From Octopus sinensis (Eukaryota), in contig NC_042997.1 in NCBI RefSeq assembly GCF_006345805.1, positions 4,340,001 to 4,404,000 of the forward strand: a stretch of 64,000 nucleotides of DNA, read 5' to 3'. A program made the translations under genes and the position numbers. A model generated the notes under the pieces. The model saw only the letters and a list, made by a program, of their open reading frames with translations, did no database searches and was not told the origin of the DNA. The first letter of the stretch is position 1. Each line of letters opens with the position of its first letter. Below, in pieces: positions 1 through 12,460 of the stretch.

Positions 1-2302
1 TTGGTCGTGACTATGATATTAATGTCATCTACGTACCTTCTGTATCGTAAAATAATTGTGAAATTTTCTGCTCAGGGTTAGTTACGTATAAGAGGCGTGC
101 TATGGTGTGAAACTTAGATTATGTATGTCTACACGATATTCGTATTTTACTTAATTTTTTATTGTAGGCAACAATTTAGAAACATAATGTCATACACACA
201 CTAACAGACACATACATAAATATATGTTTGTGTACGTTTGTGTGTCTGTGTGTTTTTGCGAGTATGTTTATGTGTGCGTGTGCGTGCGCCCGTGTGCATG
301 CATAATGAACATGGGATTACTTTGGTGGGAATATCTTTTACATTCCGAAGAATGAATATAGCATAGATATAGATGTCTCAGATACAAACACCAATACAAG
401 CTGCACATTTATCGATAATCTATTTCATATTGAGTGTTAAATTCGAATTGTCAAAATGAGTCATGTCTCTTTGTTATTTGAAGTATTGTCGCAGAATTAT
501 CTTATGGCACGGAAGTATGTGTCATAGTTTATTTTAATTTAAAATATGATACCTAATTATTAGGTTACTTTAATATACTGATAAGGGTCACGCCTGCCCT
601 GGTTTCAAATTATTAAATAATATATTGCTTAACAGGGTAGCTAATTAATTACAGTTTACCATTTTAGTACTACCAATATTTACTCAAGCATCATATAATA
701 TGCTGATTGCAGATTCAAGCGTTGGAATTGGAAATGTTACTACCATTTAAATGTTTGAATCCAGGCAGTTTGAAAATCAGTTTATATAACGGCAGCAAAT
801 AAATTCCTGATCCATTGATGTGTTTATGTAATGAATAAAAAATTTTATTCTATGTTTGTTCTCTTCACATCGCAAATGTCCACATCTACAAAAATAGGTT
901 CAAATATAAAAATCTACGATAACCGTTTGATCTTTATCATTATCAGCTATGAAAAGAGTATCACACAGTTTCAAAGGAATTGACTATGCATATATCTCAT
1001 TCTGTAACTTGTAGATCCGCTTTAAACTCCTACCCCTAAAATTTCTCAAGTTATTTTTTGAATAACTCATACATTACCTTGAAATAAAGATAAATACGTA
1101 ACAGTTTAGTGATAAATCCAAACTCGCTGTATTGTTAACCGTTTGAATCTGAAATCACACTGCTTAACCACAAGAAAGCATGTAACATCTTGTTCTAACT
1201 GTGATGCATATGGGTGTACATGCAACTTGTCTCAAACAAAAAGCAATGGCCGTTCTTGAAAGCGTCACTTTCATTAATTCCCAAACGAGGTTTGGATTTT
1301 ATTTCAGTTCAATTTATCAGATTTTCTTGACCGATTGAATCTGTTTTGGGGTAATAATAAAAATCATTACTTTGCACCTAATTTTGCAAAAACTGACTTC
1401 TCATGGTGTTTAACATACTGTCATCATCACGTTTAATATCAATAAAAATTGTTGTAATTGAATAATTCAATTATGATTTAAATCTCCATTCGTTCCTGAT
1501 AGGGAGTTTTGCAATTGTCACAGTTATACATAAATGATTGCATATTATTCATTAGGTAAAAAAAGCTATGTTATACGGTTTTCAGCGAAGAAGACTGAGA
1601 GAAATTTAGGCATCATGCAACCATATTAATTTTTCTTCTAAATCATTTGTTTCCATCATTTTCCATTCTTTGGCAGAAGGAAATGCAGTTTAGAGTCACA
1701 TTGCATTGGAAGCAGCTATCCAAGACTGGATAACAGCTTCCAATTATATTAGTTTGAAACCACAAACTAGAAGCGAATCCCGTTTAACTTAGCTGAAAGG
1801 TTTAAGCTGACAGTTCATTGCAGGAATTCCAATAATTCAGTGCAGCGTACTTTATTATGTTCCACGAAATATAGAACTCAACTTTTTCTCCTCCAATCTT
1901 TTTCAGTGAGCGATATAATCTAAGCTTTATCACGCCTCTTAGAAGATTGAACATGATTATATACGCTGCGCTGAGATTCATTTCTGTTTGCGCCAATTTC
2001 GGTAAATGTTGTCAGAAATGTTCGGACATTGCATTCATAGACAATATATTTTTTTCAAGCATACATTCTTATGATGGTTTGGAATTTTATTCTTAAAAAT
2101 ATATAACCAGAATGTATGTGGACATTTATAATATAGGTAATAGCTGAAGGAACATTACGTTGCTGGCCGCATTCACTTCTATGAAAGTAATAATTATCGT
2201 TAAACCCACTAGATCGATGGTTATAAAACAAGATCAAGATTAAAGAAGTATCGACGTCGTCGACCCTTGTTTAATATTCATATATATATATATATATATA
2301 TA

Positions 2303-2364
2303 AATTGATAATAATAAAAGATGGCAACAAAAGAACGAGACCTCGATATTATGGAAATAGAGGA

Positions 2365-2365
<1 letters not shown>
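2303..2365 (-). repeat. Fragment of hammerhead-bearing repeat family 2 (tail portion only)
   Basis: ATAAAAGATGGCAACAAAAGAACGAGACCTCGATATTATGGAAATAGAGGAAT is the reverse complement of ~47213-47280 and matches 35025-35080. Confidence 0.65.
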
Positions 2366-2395
<30 letters not shown>

Positions 2396-2403
2396 ATATA
2401 TAT

Positions 2404-2443
<40 letters not shown>

Positions 2444-2653
2444 TGAAAATGGTACTTAAGTCAAAGCAACACAATTTTGTATGGTATTATCCGTATAAAT
2501 CAAAATAAGCAACAAGTATATCCGAGGTAGAGTAGTACAATTTCTTCATGCTACTTCATTTTATTAAACACTGTAAGTATTACATCAGTTTTAAAATGTC
2601 GAGCAATCATCAGCCACTTATAGATTTTTCCAATCAAACGGACAATGCACATA

Positions 2654-2780
2654 CTTATCTCTATTTCATTTGCCAACATTATGAATAGGGTATAGACAGA
2701 GAGGTTGATTTCAATCTTATCTCTATTTCATTTGCCAAAATTATAAAGAGGGTATAGACAGAGAGGTTGATTTCATTCTT
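2654..2780. repeat. Tandem duplication, ~62-bp unit x2
   Basis: CTTATCTCTATTTCATTTGCCAA...GGGTATAGACAGAGAGGTTGATTTCA starts at 2654 and 2716 with a few substitutions. Confidence 0.9.
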
Positions 2781-3020
2781 AAAGACATGATAGTGGCACA
2801 TTCACTCTCTGACTGTAGATTTTATTATTTGGTTTACTTTGTTATTTAGATCTGTCAGTGGAAGGGGAATTTTATTTTTGGTTGGATGCAGGAAAATAAT
2901 TTTTTCTATTTATAGATATAGGAAGGGGTAGACAATTTCCTAAAGAATTTCAATAAATATTAGTATCTTACAGAGGGATAGAAAATATAGAAATCATTTC
3001 ATATTCAAATATATATATAT

Positions 3021-3074
<54 letters not shown>

Positions 3075-3076
<2 letters not shown>

Positions 3077-3460
3077 TTCTATTAATATATAATCATAATT
3101 AGCTAGTAAATGGTGATATTTTAATGAGTTGAATTAAAGGAAAATGTTAGACATAACATTTACTAACTGTGGAAAAAGACTATTAATTTAGCACCTATAT
3201 CAGGAGTCAATAAGATATTAAAAAGTAATGGTAATCAATTCATTCCTCTAGATATATATATTTTTTTGTAATTATTTCATATTAATATATTTCTATTTCT
3301 ATTAATATAGAATCTTAACTAGCTAATAAATTGTGATTTGTTTTATTAATAAGTCGAATTAAAAGAATATGTTAGACATAATATTTACTACCTGTGGAGA
3401 AAAACTTTATCAATTTAGGAAATATATCAGGAGTTTATAAGATATATTGAGAAGTAATGG
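3075..3460. repeat. Diverged tandem duplication, ~220-bp period
   Basis: ATTTCTATTAATATA..AGCTA..TAAA..GAATTAAA..ATGTTAGACATAA..TTTACTA.CTGTGGA..ATATCAGGAGT..TAAGATAT..AAGTAATGG occurs at ~3075 and ~3295. Confidence 0.8.
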
Positions 3461-4550
3461 AAGGGAAGTAATCGAGATTAACCAAGTAATGTCCCTAGAT
3501 ATAGAGAATTATTTTCCATATACGGATATATAACAGCATGACTGCCTAAACCCAGGATCTTTGGCGAGTCACAACTTTGTGCATGGATGTGCCTGATGAG
3601 ACCCAGACTGCAAAATGTTTGCAAAACAACATGTTGAACGGAATCCCATCCATAAGGGACACTAGCCGGATAGAACTTTCCCCCCACCTATCAAGGTGCC
3701 TGAGCTTCAAATGTCTATTCTTCATATTCTTCCCAAGCGATAAACTGACTCACCTGGTTGTTCTTCCTTCACCTGTGTTCGTCCTTTGTTTTCTGTATTT
3801 GAACTAATATATACATACATACATACATACATGTATTACTGTTTAATATTCAAATGCTTTCACAAGCACTGTATATTAACCGGATAAATCCTTGTGTAAG
3901 TTCACATATATATTATAATATGCATAGATAGGCGCAGCCAAGTGTATCGTGACATTATTACGTATCATAGATGCGGATTTCCGATCATCAATCGATTCAT
4001 TTTATTGATATTTAATGTGAACAATGCTATGTTCCTTTCCATGATAGGAATTTGCTTAAAATGTTATTATATACACAGATGTATGTAAAGAAGATAACAC
4101 ATATAAACTATGATCCACGATAAAAGAAAATGGTTAAAACAAAATAATCCTTGTTCGATTTATAATTAATTATTCTGTATCATACTCGCAAGTAATTTTT
4201 TCATTATTATATACATTTTCGTAATATTTTCATTAATACGAAACATTAAGAAATGTATTTCGTGTATTAATTATCTTTGTGCATCTATGACCCTGAGATT
4301 CACATAAGTTTGTTATATGTATAAATGGGTTTTGCGATATAAAGAAATATGAGCGCGCTTTTACGAGTTGGCATATATTCACATACGGTGATATGTATGC
4401 AGAAATATATATACACATGCATATATGTAGTTAGAGAGAGTTAGTGTTATATATATATACATACATATAATAAATAATAAATAACAGGTAATAAATATAA
4501 TAAATAACATATATATATATATATATACATGTATATATGAAGTATATATT

Positions 4551-4617
<67 letters not shown>

Positions 4618-5569
4618 GTATGTATATATATATATATACATGTATACGCACATATGTGAGTATTACAAGCTCTCATCTCGGTGGGAATAGTTGAAATCCT
4701 CACCTGAGTAGATGATTTTTATCTTTTCTTGGATCTAATTTTATTGTTGGTATCTTGCTTACTTCTGAGCAACTATACCAAGTTTCTTGCTGCATATTGG
4801 TGAATACCTGCCTTGTTTCTATACCTCGCAGTAATCGATGCTCGGCAAAACTGGCGGACAAAAGATCATAAATTTTTATGAACAGCCAATATGTTTGTTT
4901 TCTGAAATTAATAGATGTCTTTGCAATGATCTAAACTTTATAAATATATATTTTGTGTGTATGAATGTGTGTCGAAATATTTTGATGCACAATGATATGA
5001 ATTAGATGAGTTGCTTCCAATCAGGCACCCAAAATACTTCGAGTCTTAGTTCAGCGGTATATTCGTGATCGTGTTAACTAACTTCTAGTTTAGTAGTTAT
5101 TCATGTATGGAAGAGTACCAGTTTGATATACATTAAGTATGTGGCATCGACAAGCACCGTGTCTTACGCATAAAATATGTTTCCATATACATAAACACAA
5201 GTGCGCGCACACACACATATACAAACACGCACACTCAGACACACTCATAAATTTAGGGTGGGAGGTTATATACATATGCTATATCTTTTACTCGTTTCAG
5301 TCAATGTAGTTCAGCCATGCTGGGTCACACACATACTTATAGATACATACATACATTATATCAATCTATATATATATCTATTCCTTTATATATACATGTG
5401 CGTGTGTTTTTGAGCAAATATGGGTTGTGTGCATCCTCTTTCATTGAAGTTTTTCTTTCAACATGAAATATTTGTCGCCCATTTTTTAGAACACTAATGC
5501 CTATAAACTGACAGGTAAATATATATTTCATTTATTGCCTACGCATCTCCCCAAGGGAGGGTATATTGT

Positions 5570-6830
5570 TACATTTAAAACATTTTTCATCCTTTAAATG
5601 CCATAATGACTTCTTTCATTTTGCCTCAGCAAAAAGCATATTCCTGAAAATTATATTTCTTATTGGAAATATGACAACCTTATTTCACAAAACATTTAAC
5701 CTTACCTCAGAGCATCGAAAAATCAATTTCGATAAAATCTATCTTTATATATTCTTTACATCCTTTGCGTAATTCAGGAAGTTGTATGACATGACATAGA
5801 TTACATTCTCAACACTTGTCAAACTATTATATATGCTACTGGTTAAAAAACTATTTAATAAGTATTCTTTTGACAAACGTTCTGAGGGTACAGAAAAATA
5901 TGTTCCCTACTAGAATAATACAGTGAGCGATATCATCACCCGAAGAATATTCCATATTTTCCATTTAGGAAGCAAATGGAGCTATGTCACCTCCCCTTTC
6001 AGTTGCTTACGCATTCAAATATCCATTGAAAATGTAAGATTAGGGGCATTTTCCATATTGATCCACGTTAAGCTCTATAATAGCTAAAAAATTTGCTGAG
6101 CATAGATATATGAATGAATTCATTGAGTGATATTTAATTGTCTCAACGTTCAAAATACATAATTCTCTGTTCAATTAGATATGTTTAAGTATGCAATATT
6201 GGCAGATCCTTTCGTTGGAACCAGTGATAAAAACAGATAAAAGATTTGCAAGTATTTATTTGGCATTGACACAAAGGCATTTCTATGCTTGCTTTACATT
6301 ACCTGCAACATCATTGAATATAATGCAATAATTTCTTGAACGCTATTAGTATCACACTTATTTACATTTGACCCCAAGTTGCGTGAACAGATTCTTATGC
6401 AACTACACCACGCTACATCATATCCATTACACAGTAATTATGCTACCTTGAAATATATCTACATTAGTGGAAACAATTTCGTGTAAATAATATCAACGTA
6501 CTGTTACGATGTCAGAGGAATAAAATCATCCATTTTAATGGAATCGAAAGACAGAAGGTCACTGGAGGAATTTTATCATGCTAATTATATTAATTACTTA
6601 ATTAACTTCTAGTATAAGGATGAAATTGTCCGAACAATTTTATCAGTGACCAGCATATTAAAATGCCTTTTAAGGAGAAAATTATAAATAAACCTAAATG
6701 TGGGCAAAAGAAAAAAAATTCTATGACAATATGCTGAAAAATAAAACTTAGTTCGTCTCAAAATGTCTTATACACCTTGGATATACGATAGAAATGAAGC
6801 AAGATATCAAGGAAAATATCAATATATATA
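5570..6830 (+). mobile_element. Highly decayed Penelope-like element (RT C-terminal half, thumb, GIY-YIG), family A
   Basis: Plus-strand translations across stops and frameshifts give motifs in PLE order: FHFASAKSIFL, KTFNLT..IYLYIF, KYVPY*NN, YHHPKNIP, DPF..KICKYLFGID, CN-Y..YPLHSN..YIY, KTEG, PKCGQKK, DRNE. The same motif series is seen at 37.6-38.4 kb. Confidence 0.55.
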
Positions 6831-6858
6831 TTAATACGATGGCAACCACCAAGGAGGT

Positions 6859-6914
6859 CATCATCCTGATGCATATATGGAATACTTAAGATAGCTCTGA
6901 AACGGTGGTTGATG
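6859..6914 (+). ncRNA. Degenerate hammerhead-like motif immediately 3' of the PLE-A relic
   Basis: CATCATC-CTGATGc...GAAAC-GGT-GGTTGATG; the core is imperfect (A9>C, U16.1>G). The position after GIY-YIG fits PLE terminal hammerheads. Confidence 0.3.
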
Positions 6915-7330
6915 GAACACCCTCCAAGTTTTGATCCTATTTTATTTATATTTTTTCTTAACCATGATATCTTATATCCTAGAGGTATAAGGCATTTTTA
7001 GACGATTTAGACGGTTTGCCATTTTGAAAGTTGACATTTGTATTCCTATATTGATCAATCCCTCATTCGTTTTGGACCTCCTATATTTATCACACATAAC
7101 TCTTTATATATAATATTTATTTATATGTACTGTTTTATATATTTTATATATCTTCTATATGTCTATGTATGTTTAGTTTTATTCTTTATTACTTTGAAAT
7201 AGCTTTGCGTTGGTGCATATAAATACATATGATTCAACGACATTGATTGAATAGTTTTATTTATGGTTTCAGGAATATGTTTGATTGCCAGTAGTGATTA
7301 GCGTATTCGATTCCTATGCTCTGTTTTATG

Positions 7331-7422
<92 letters not shown>

Positions 7423-8944
7423 TAGACAGAGACATAGACAGACAGACACAGAGAGAGAGATTTTTCACTGCAACTCCCCGCGTGGAGAAAATATCTTCAA
7501 GCAACTTGTTTTGCTATATGTATGTGTGTGCATGTGTGCGAGTGTCTCTCTATGTCTGTGTGTGTCTGTGTGTAAGTATATGCTCATATTTGTCGTCTGT
7601 GTTATGCTTGTGTCCACCATCGCGAAAGAGAGACCTACAGAATAGCTACGATGTTTAAAGAAAAAAATAAGTAAGGAGATCGATTTATTCGACTAAATCC
7701 TTCCGCATGATCCCAGTCAATGACTGAAATTAGTAAAAGGGAATGGCGTAAATGTTAGGCGATTGTTGGTGGTTAAGAACAAGTCTGTATAGATTAGTGG
7801 GCTTTTTCTAAGCTACTGCATTTCTGTAAATGTTTCTACAAATGTTCTAAACCCCAAATGAATGAAACGTATTGAAAGATGATTCTGTTAATGATATCGG
7901 TTTCTGTTTCGGTTTTTCCTTTTTTCCGTTTCTTCCTAATCGAGGAATGATAATAATAGTAGCAGTACCAAATGAAATCTCGCGTTATTGTGAAAAGTCT
8001 AAGGTGTTATTGTATATATCTTTGAAGCATTTAATGTTTCAGATGATGTAAATTTGTCATGGCTAGTATGACGGTGCATTCTCAAGAAATAATATTTTGC
8101 GAGCGTTCATGCTGCTATTTGAATTAATCTTTGGCTGTTTAATGTGATTTTTCCCGGCCGCATTTATTTCACATTACATATTCTGCGGGCATACAGCAGC
8201 TACTTGCCAGATAATTTTCTGTTCTTAGAAAATATATATTTAAGTAAAACCATTATTGTGTGATTAACATACTTTAAAATTCAGATGGCGACTGGATTAA
8301 TATTTTTGCGGCGACTGGATTAATACTTTTGCACTGATGTCTTTAAATTACATAAAAAAACCTCAATGATTTAGAAATGCTTTTGTAATATTTTCGACTT
8401 CTGTCTTGGTTCAATCCTGAAAGTGATTATCCAGATTTGTTTGCTATTTACCTTATAATCTTGCATTCTCTGAGTTTTATTCAATGAAATTTTATGTTCT
8501 TAACTGTAAAAGCTATTAATTAAAACCGTAACTATGAGACTATGTTTTCTCAATATTTTTTATACGGAATTTAAGATGGCTTCAAGGAATGAAAATTTAT
8601 TTCCTTTACTGTTTATTATTCATTTTACAATGCTTGTATTCCTGAAATTTGAGATTCAACGAATGTAGATATAAAATTTTTGCGTGGTAAGTAGGTTGTG
8701 TAACAAACCATGAGTCTCTGAGACTTCCCATGAGTTTTTGTTGTCATTGTGTTGTGCACTGAAAAGGATAGCCGGTATTGTTTAGCCTGCAAAAAAGAAG
8801 CTACTGCAAGGTAGGAATTTTGTCTCTTGGATCCAGTGGGGGTTGTTGTCTGTGGTTATATTTTTTACAACCAATGAGTCTTGCCTGGATTCAGGATGTT
8901 ATTCTGCTTGAGGTTCAGCAATATTATTCGCATTAAGGGAAATA

Positions 8945-9215
8945 TTTTTCTCATTGTGAGAAGTACAGTTTGGGGGGTGTATCCGTCAACAAAACGTTGT
9001 TCACTTTTTAATAGTGTATGTTTTTACAACAACATTTACAATTTATTGGAAGGCTGTATTTCAAATGTTCACATGAAGTGAAATTTTTTTCTCGTTTTGA
9101 GAAGTATAGTTTCCTGAAGTATTCTGCCATCAGAAGCTGTTCGCTGTTTGTAAATAGTGTGTATTTTTACAATTAGTTTTACCAATAATTGGAAAGTTAT
9201 AATTCAAGTGGAGCA
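8945..9215. repeat. Diverged tandem duplication, ~140-bp period
   Basis: TTTTTCTC.TT.TGAGAAGTA.AGTTT..TAATAGTGT.T.TTTTTACAA..ATT.GGAA.G occurs at ~8945 and ~9085. Confidence 0.7.
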
Positions 9216-9814
9216 TTCCAGGTTCTAATAATCGAAGAGGTAGAAGTGTTGGTGCAAAATCACCATAAGTGAGTACCTTTAACCTTCACACAGGGTCCCG
9301 AATGACCTTCGCATATAGCTGTGGAGGTCATATCATTGTCACTGAGGTATAGGCTGCAGGACTCAATGAGGTATATCGCTTGTGCCTGGGCGACGCCGGC
9401 TCGGATCTCGCCTTGGTCTTGAATGAGGCGTGGATGGTGGTGGAGTATACGGGCACAAGCGATGTTGGGGAGGAATAGTGACAAGAGGTTGAAAATGCAC
9501 AGTGTTATAATGTTTATTGAATAATGTTTAATGTTTATTTTATGTTATTGTGCTTAAGAGGTTTAACGCGCCAATTCTTAAATGGACTTCGTCCAAAAAT
9601 TGTAAAACTGAAGTAAGAGGTTCATTATTATGTTTTCTCTATTTCTGTGAAAAAAGAATGAATAATGTTTTAGAGCCAAAAATCGACGGGCGTTTTTTGT
9701 CTTCTCCCACTAATATCATCCGTCTTCATCATTCACCTCATCAATGTCTTTATCCAGCCACAAGCTACTCTGTGTCATGCCTTTATTGCAACATTTTAAA
9801 AATAAAGTACCTTC

Positions 9815-9945
9815 TTTAACAACCACATGGTTCCGGTCTCAGTCTCACTGCGTGGCGTCTTGGGCAAGTGACTTCTTCTATAGCCTCGGACGAACCAAAA
9901 TCTTGTGAGTGGATTTGGTAGACGGAAACTGAAAGAATTCGTCGT
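9815..9945 (+). mobile_element. tRNA-derived SINE (family B), 5'-truncated
   Basis: B-box-like GGTTCCGGTCTCAGTCTCAC, then CTTGGGCAAGTG..CTATAGCCTCGG..TTGTGAGTGGATTTGGTAGACGGAAACTGAAAG, ending in (TA)n. A decayed copy lies at 45.7 kb. Confidence 0.75.
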
Positions 9946-9948
9946 ATG

Positions 9949-10074
<126 letters not shown>

Positions 10075-10415
10075 GTGTGTGTGCGTGTGTGTGTGTATGT
10101 ATTTGTGTGTGTTGCAGGATAATGTTCCACATCTCATCTGCTTGAGCATATATATATTTCCTGAGTGGAATAATGCTCAACCTTGAATGTACAAAATATT
10201 TAGAACTAGTACATCTTCCAAGTAAAAGTGTATCCAACTAATACGTAACAAATTATTGATAAAGGTATCTTTTTCAAAAGCGCCTGCAATAATTTTTGTA
10301 CAAATACTATATTTATTTAAACTAAACTAAAATTTAAAAAATGTTGTGCTGTTCGGTAAACATTTAATCTCATTGCAATATATTCTACCCCAAAGACTAT
10401 TAAATGTAGAAGCAT

Positions 10416-10488
10416 AGGTGGTGCTATTAATATAGCGCCAGGTGGTGCTATTAAGTTAGACAGCCAGGTGGTGCTATTAAGTTAGACA
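10416..10488. repeat. Minisatellite, 3 copies of a 24-26-bp unit
   Basis: AGGTGGTGCTATTAA at 10416, 10440 and 10466. Confidence 0.9.
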
Positions 10489-12089
10489 TGGCCTTGGCCA
10501 ACACTGGCCAAAACCTTTCTAAGTTATTCATATATACCAGCACTCATATGATTAAAACAAAACTGTTGGGTTATTTAGATGGTTGGTCATGTTTCATATA
10601 CTTTTATGTTCATGGTGGTATATAAAGTTTTGGCCAAATACAGCTAGTTACAGAACGTTGACCAGAACATATTCTTGGAATTGCAGTTAGAGAAGTAATA
10701 GATTGTACATCATGAAGTCCGACCTCGTTCGGTTTGTAAATATATGTAGAATAAAAAATGAATTTATGTTTTTGAAACTGCACATACATATTTTTATTTC
10801 ACTAACACTAATTGTCGCACATTGTTACTATTGCATACGCTGAGGTTACATCATCTACAAATATATATTTCAGGAACGCAACCAATTGTATAACACACGT
10901 GTTTTCGCTTTTTGTAAAATTCAAGCATTCACAAACGGTAGGCTATGCGTAAGTGGAGTAATGTTATTCATGTGAAGCACAAAAACATTTTGCCTGTTGG
11001 AAGCTAATTAGTACAATAATGGTGATATCTAAAAGAAAACTGTATGAACGGCAGTATCTATATATTACTCATCTAGGGTATTTTTGGAAAGACAATATGT
11101 ATTACTAAATATCTTCGTTTTGCCCATTGTTCTGAGGTATTCACAAATCATCGTAAATGTTTTCGTCTCTAGGCGCTCTTCAGAATGCATAATGCATCAT
11201 AAAGGACACGAATATACGATGGTGACAATATAAATTGTGGTAGAATATGTGACACTACTCCCTTTATACCATGAAGAAATGCGTTAAATATCGGGCGTGA
11301 AGCTTATAATTTATGCACCTGGTCATTGAGTGGTTAAAATTTATATAGCTAGTCATTGAGTGAGGTCTCCATCTCCCAAGAACGTTTCACTGTATTCGAC
11401 AGAATGAATTTTGTTAGGACAACGATTCAATTTCTATTCATACGTATTATAGTAGAAAGTGTTAAATGGACGAATGGCGTAAATCTGATATTTCCTATAT
11501 ACATACAGAAATGGAAATATTTACACTTCGTTTTGTCAAAACGTTTGTGTTGAACAATCTCTATCTTCTGTCTCGCAGTTCAACGTATGGAATTCCATTA
11601 TATTCTGATGTTAGTACCAAAGCAACTGTCACTAGTGCTGTCCGAAAGAAAAAAAAAACACCTTAGAAACAAGACGAAAAAAAAAGGACAAAAAATAAAG
11701 AAGATGACAACAAAACCAATATCAAAATGTAAATTAGAGTATGTTAAAGAAAATAAAATTATCTGTTTAAAGGTTCTGCAAATTCGAGTGCCACCACAAT
11801 CGCAAAATGTATCAGGACCAATAAACCTATATATCAGATATGCTCGGGCACTGGACGAGTGCGTACCGAACGGTTTCATCGCTCTGCAGGTCTAACTGAC
11901 GGCATTTCCATGCCACTAGAGTTTATCTCGAAGAGGCAAAGACCCCTGTAGCACTGCCATGCCAAATATTTCTAGACGTCCTACGTAGGCCCCGGCCAGA
12001 AAATCCTCCAGAACAGCCTAGCGAGTTGAAATTCATCGAAGTCTAAAGTCTCCTCAAGAAAGTCGTCGTTTCATTTCCCCAATAACCCT

Positions 12090-12306
12090 ACATTATTTAC
12101 ATTATTTACAATTGACGGATATTTATCCTAATCCTGTTTGTTGCTAACACAGCGTTTCGGCTGATATACCCTCTAGCCTTCATCAGGTGCCTTGGGGAAA
12201 TTTCGAATCTGGATTCTCATTCGTAAGGTATTTTCCTTAGTGACGTTATTATCAGTTTTAAGGTCACTGACTGCAACCAAACTCGGTATCTTGCGGTTAG
12301 TAGCCC
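12090..12306 (-). mobile_element. tRNA-head / hammerhead element (family 1), partial copy
   Basis: Minus strand: tRNA-like 3' half GGGCTACTAACCGCAAGATACCGAGTTTGG (12306-12261), then a tail containing GGCAC-CTGATGA-AGGCT..AGCC-GAAA-CGCT-GTGTT (12191-12146). Confidence 0.85.
12146..12191 (-). ncRNA. Minimal type-I hammerhead ribozyme (CUGAUGA and GAAA intact, U16.1>C)
   Basis: Helix I GGCAC/GUGUU, helix II GGCU/AGCC, loopless helix III. The cleavage triplet reads GCU here versus GUU in the other copies. Confidence 0.8.
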
Positions 12307-12460
12307 AAGATGAAGTTAAAATAATAGAAAGAGAACAACACTGGAAGATACGACAACTAAAAGAAGCCACATGCTAGGACAAACACAACAACCTCCTTAG
12401 CAGATCGAGTGCAATATGAACAGCATATGGGAACGGTATTAAGGCAGGATTGGAGAAGAA
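12307..12460 (+). mobile_element. PLE GIY-YIG C-terminal fragment (family C)
   Basis: DEVKIIEREQHWKIRQLKEA..HNNLLSR.S resembles the PLE endonuclease C-terminus and is followed by (AAG)/(AAT) runs. Confidence 0.7.

Noticed and set aside
1110-1260. Cys-rich plus-strand peptide (SHC..SCSNCDAYGCTC)
   Set aside because: Short, bounded by stops, with no splice or start support.
3593-3599. CTGATGA as a hammerhead core (also at ~17653, ~50805, and minus strand ~31093 and ~52326)
   Set aside because: No helix II followed by GAAA and no helix I pairing; several lie inside SINE or Helitron bodies.
6370-6480. Gypsy integrase-like PKLREQILMQLH / LRR-like SGNNF
   Set aside because: Surrounding motifs fit a PLE thumb and GIY-YIG in order, and there are no other integrase or LRR motifs.
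7700-9500. A further decayed retroelement (IDWDHA, YKQ..DG-like strings)
   Set aside because: Motifs are too weak and out of order to assign.
10416-10488. CRISPR-like short repeats
   Set aside because: Only three copies, no unique spacers of proper length, eukaryotic context and no cas genes.
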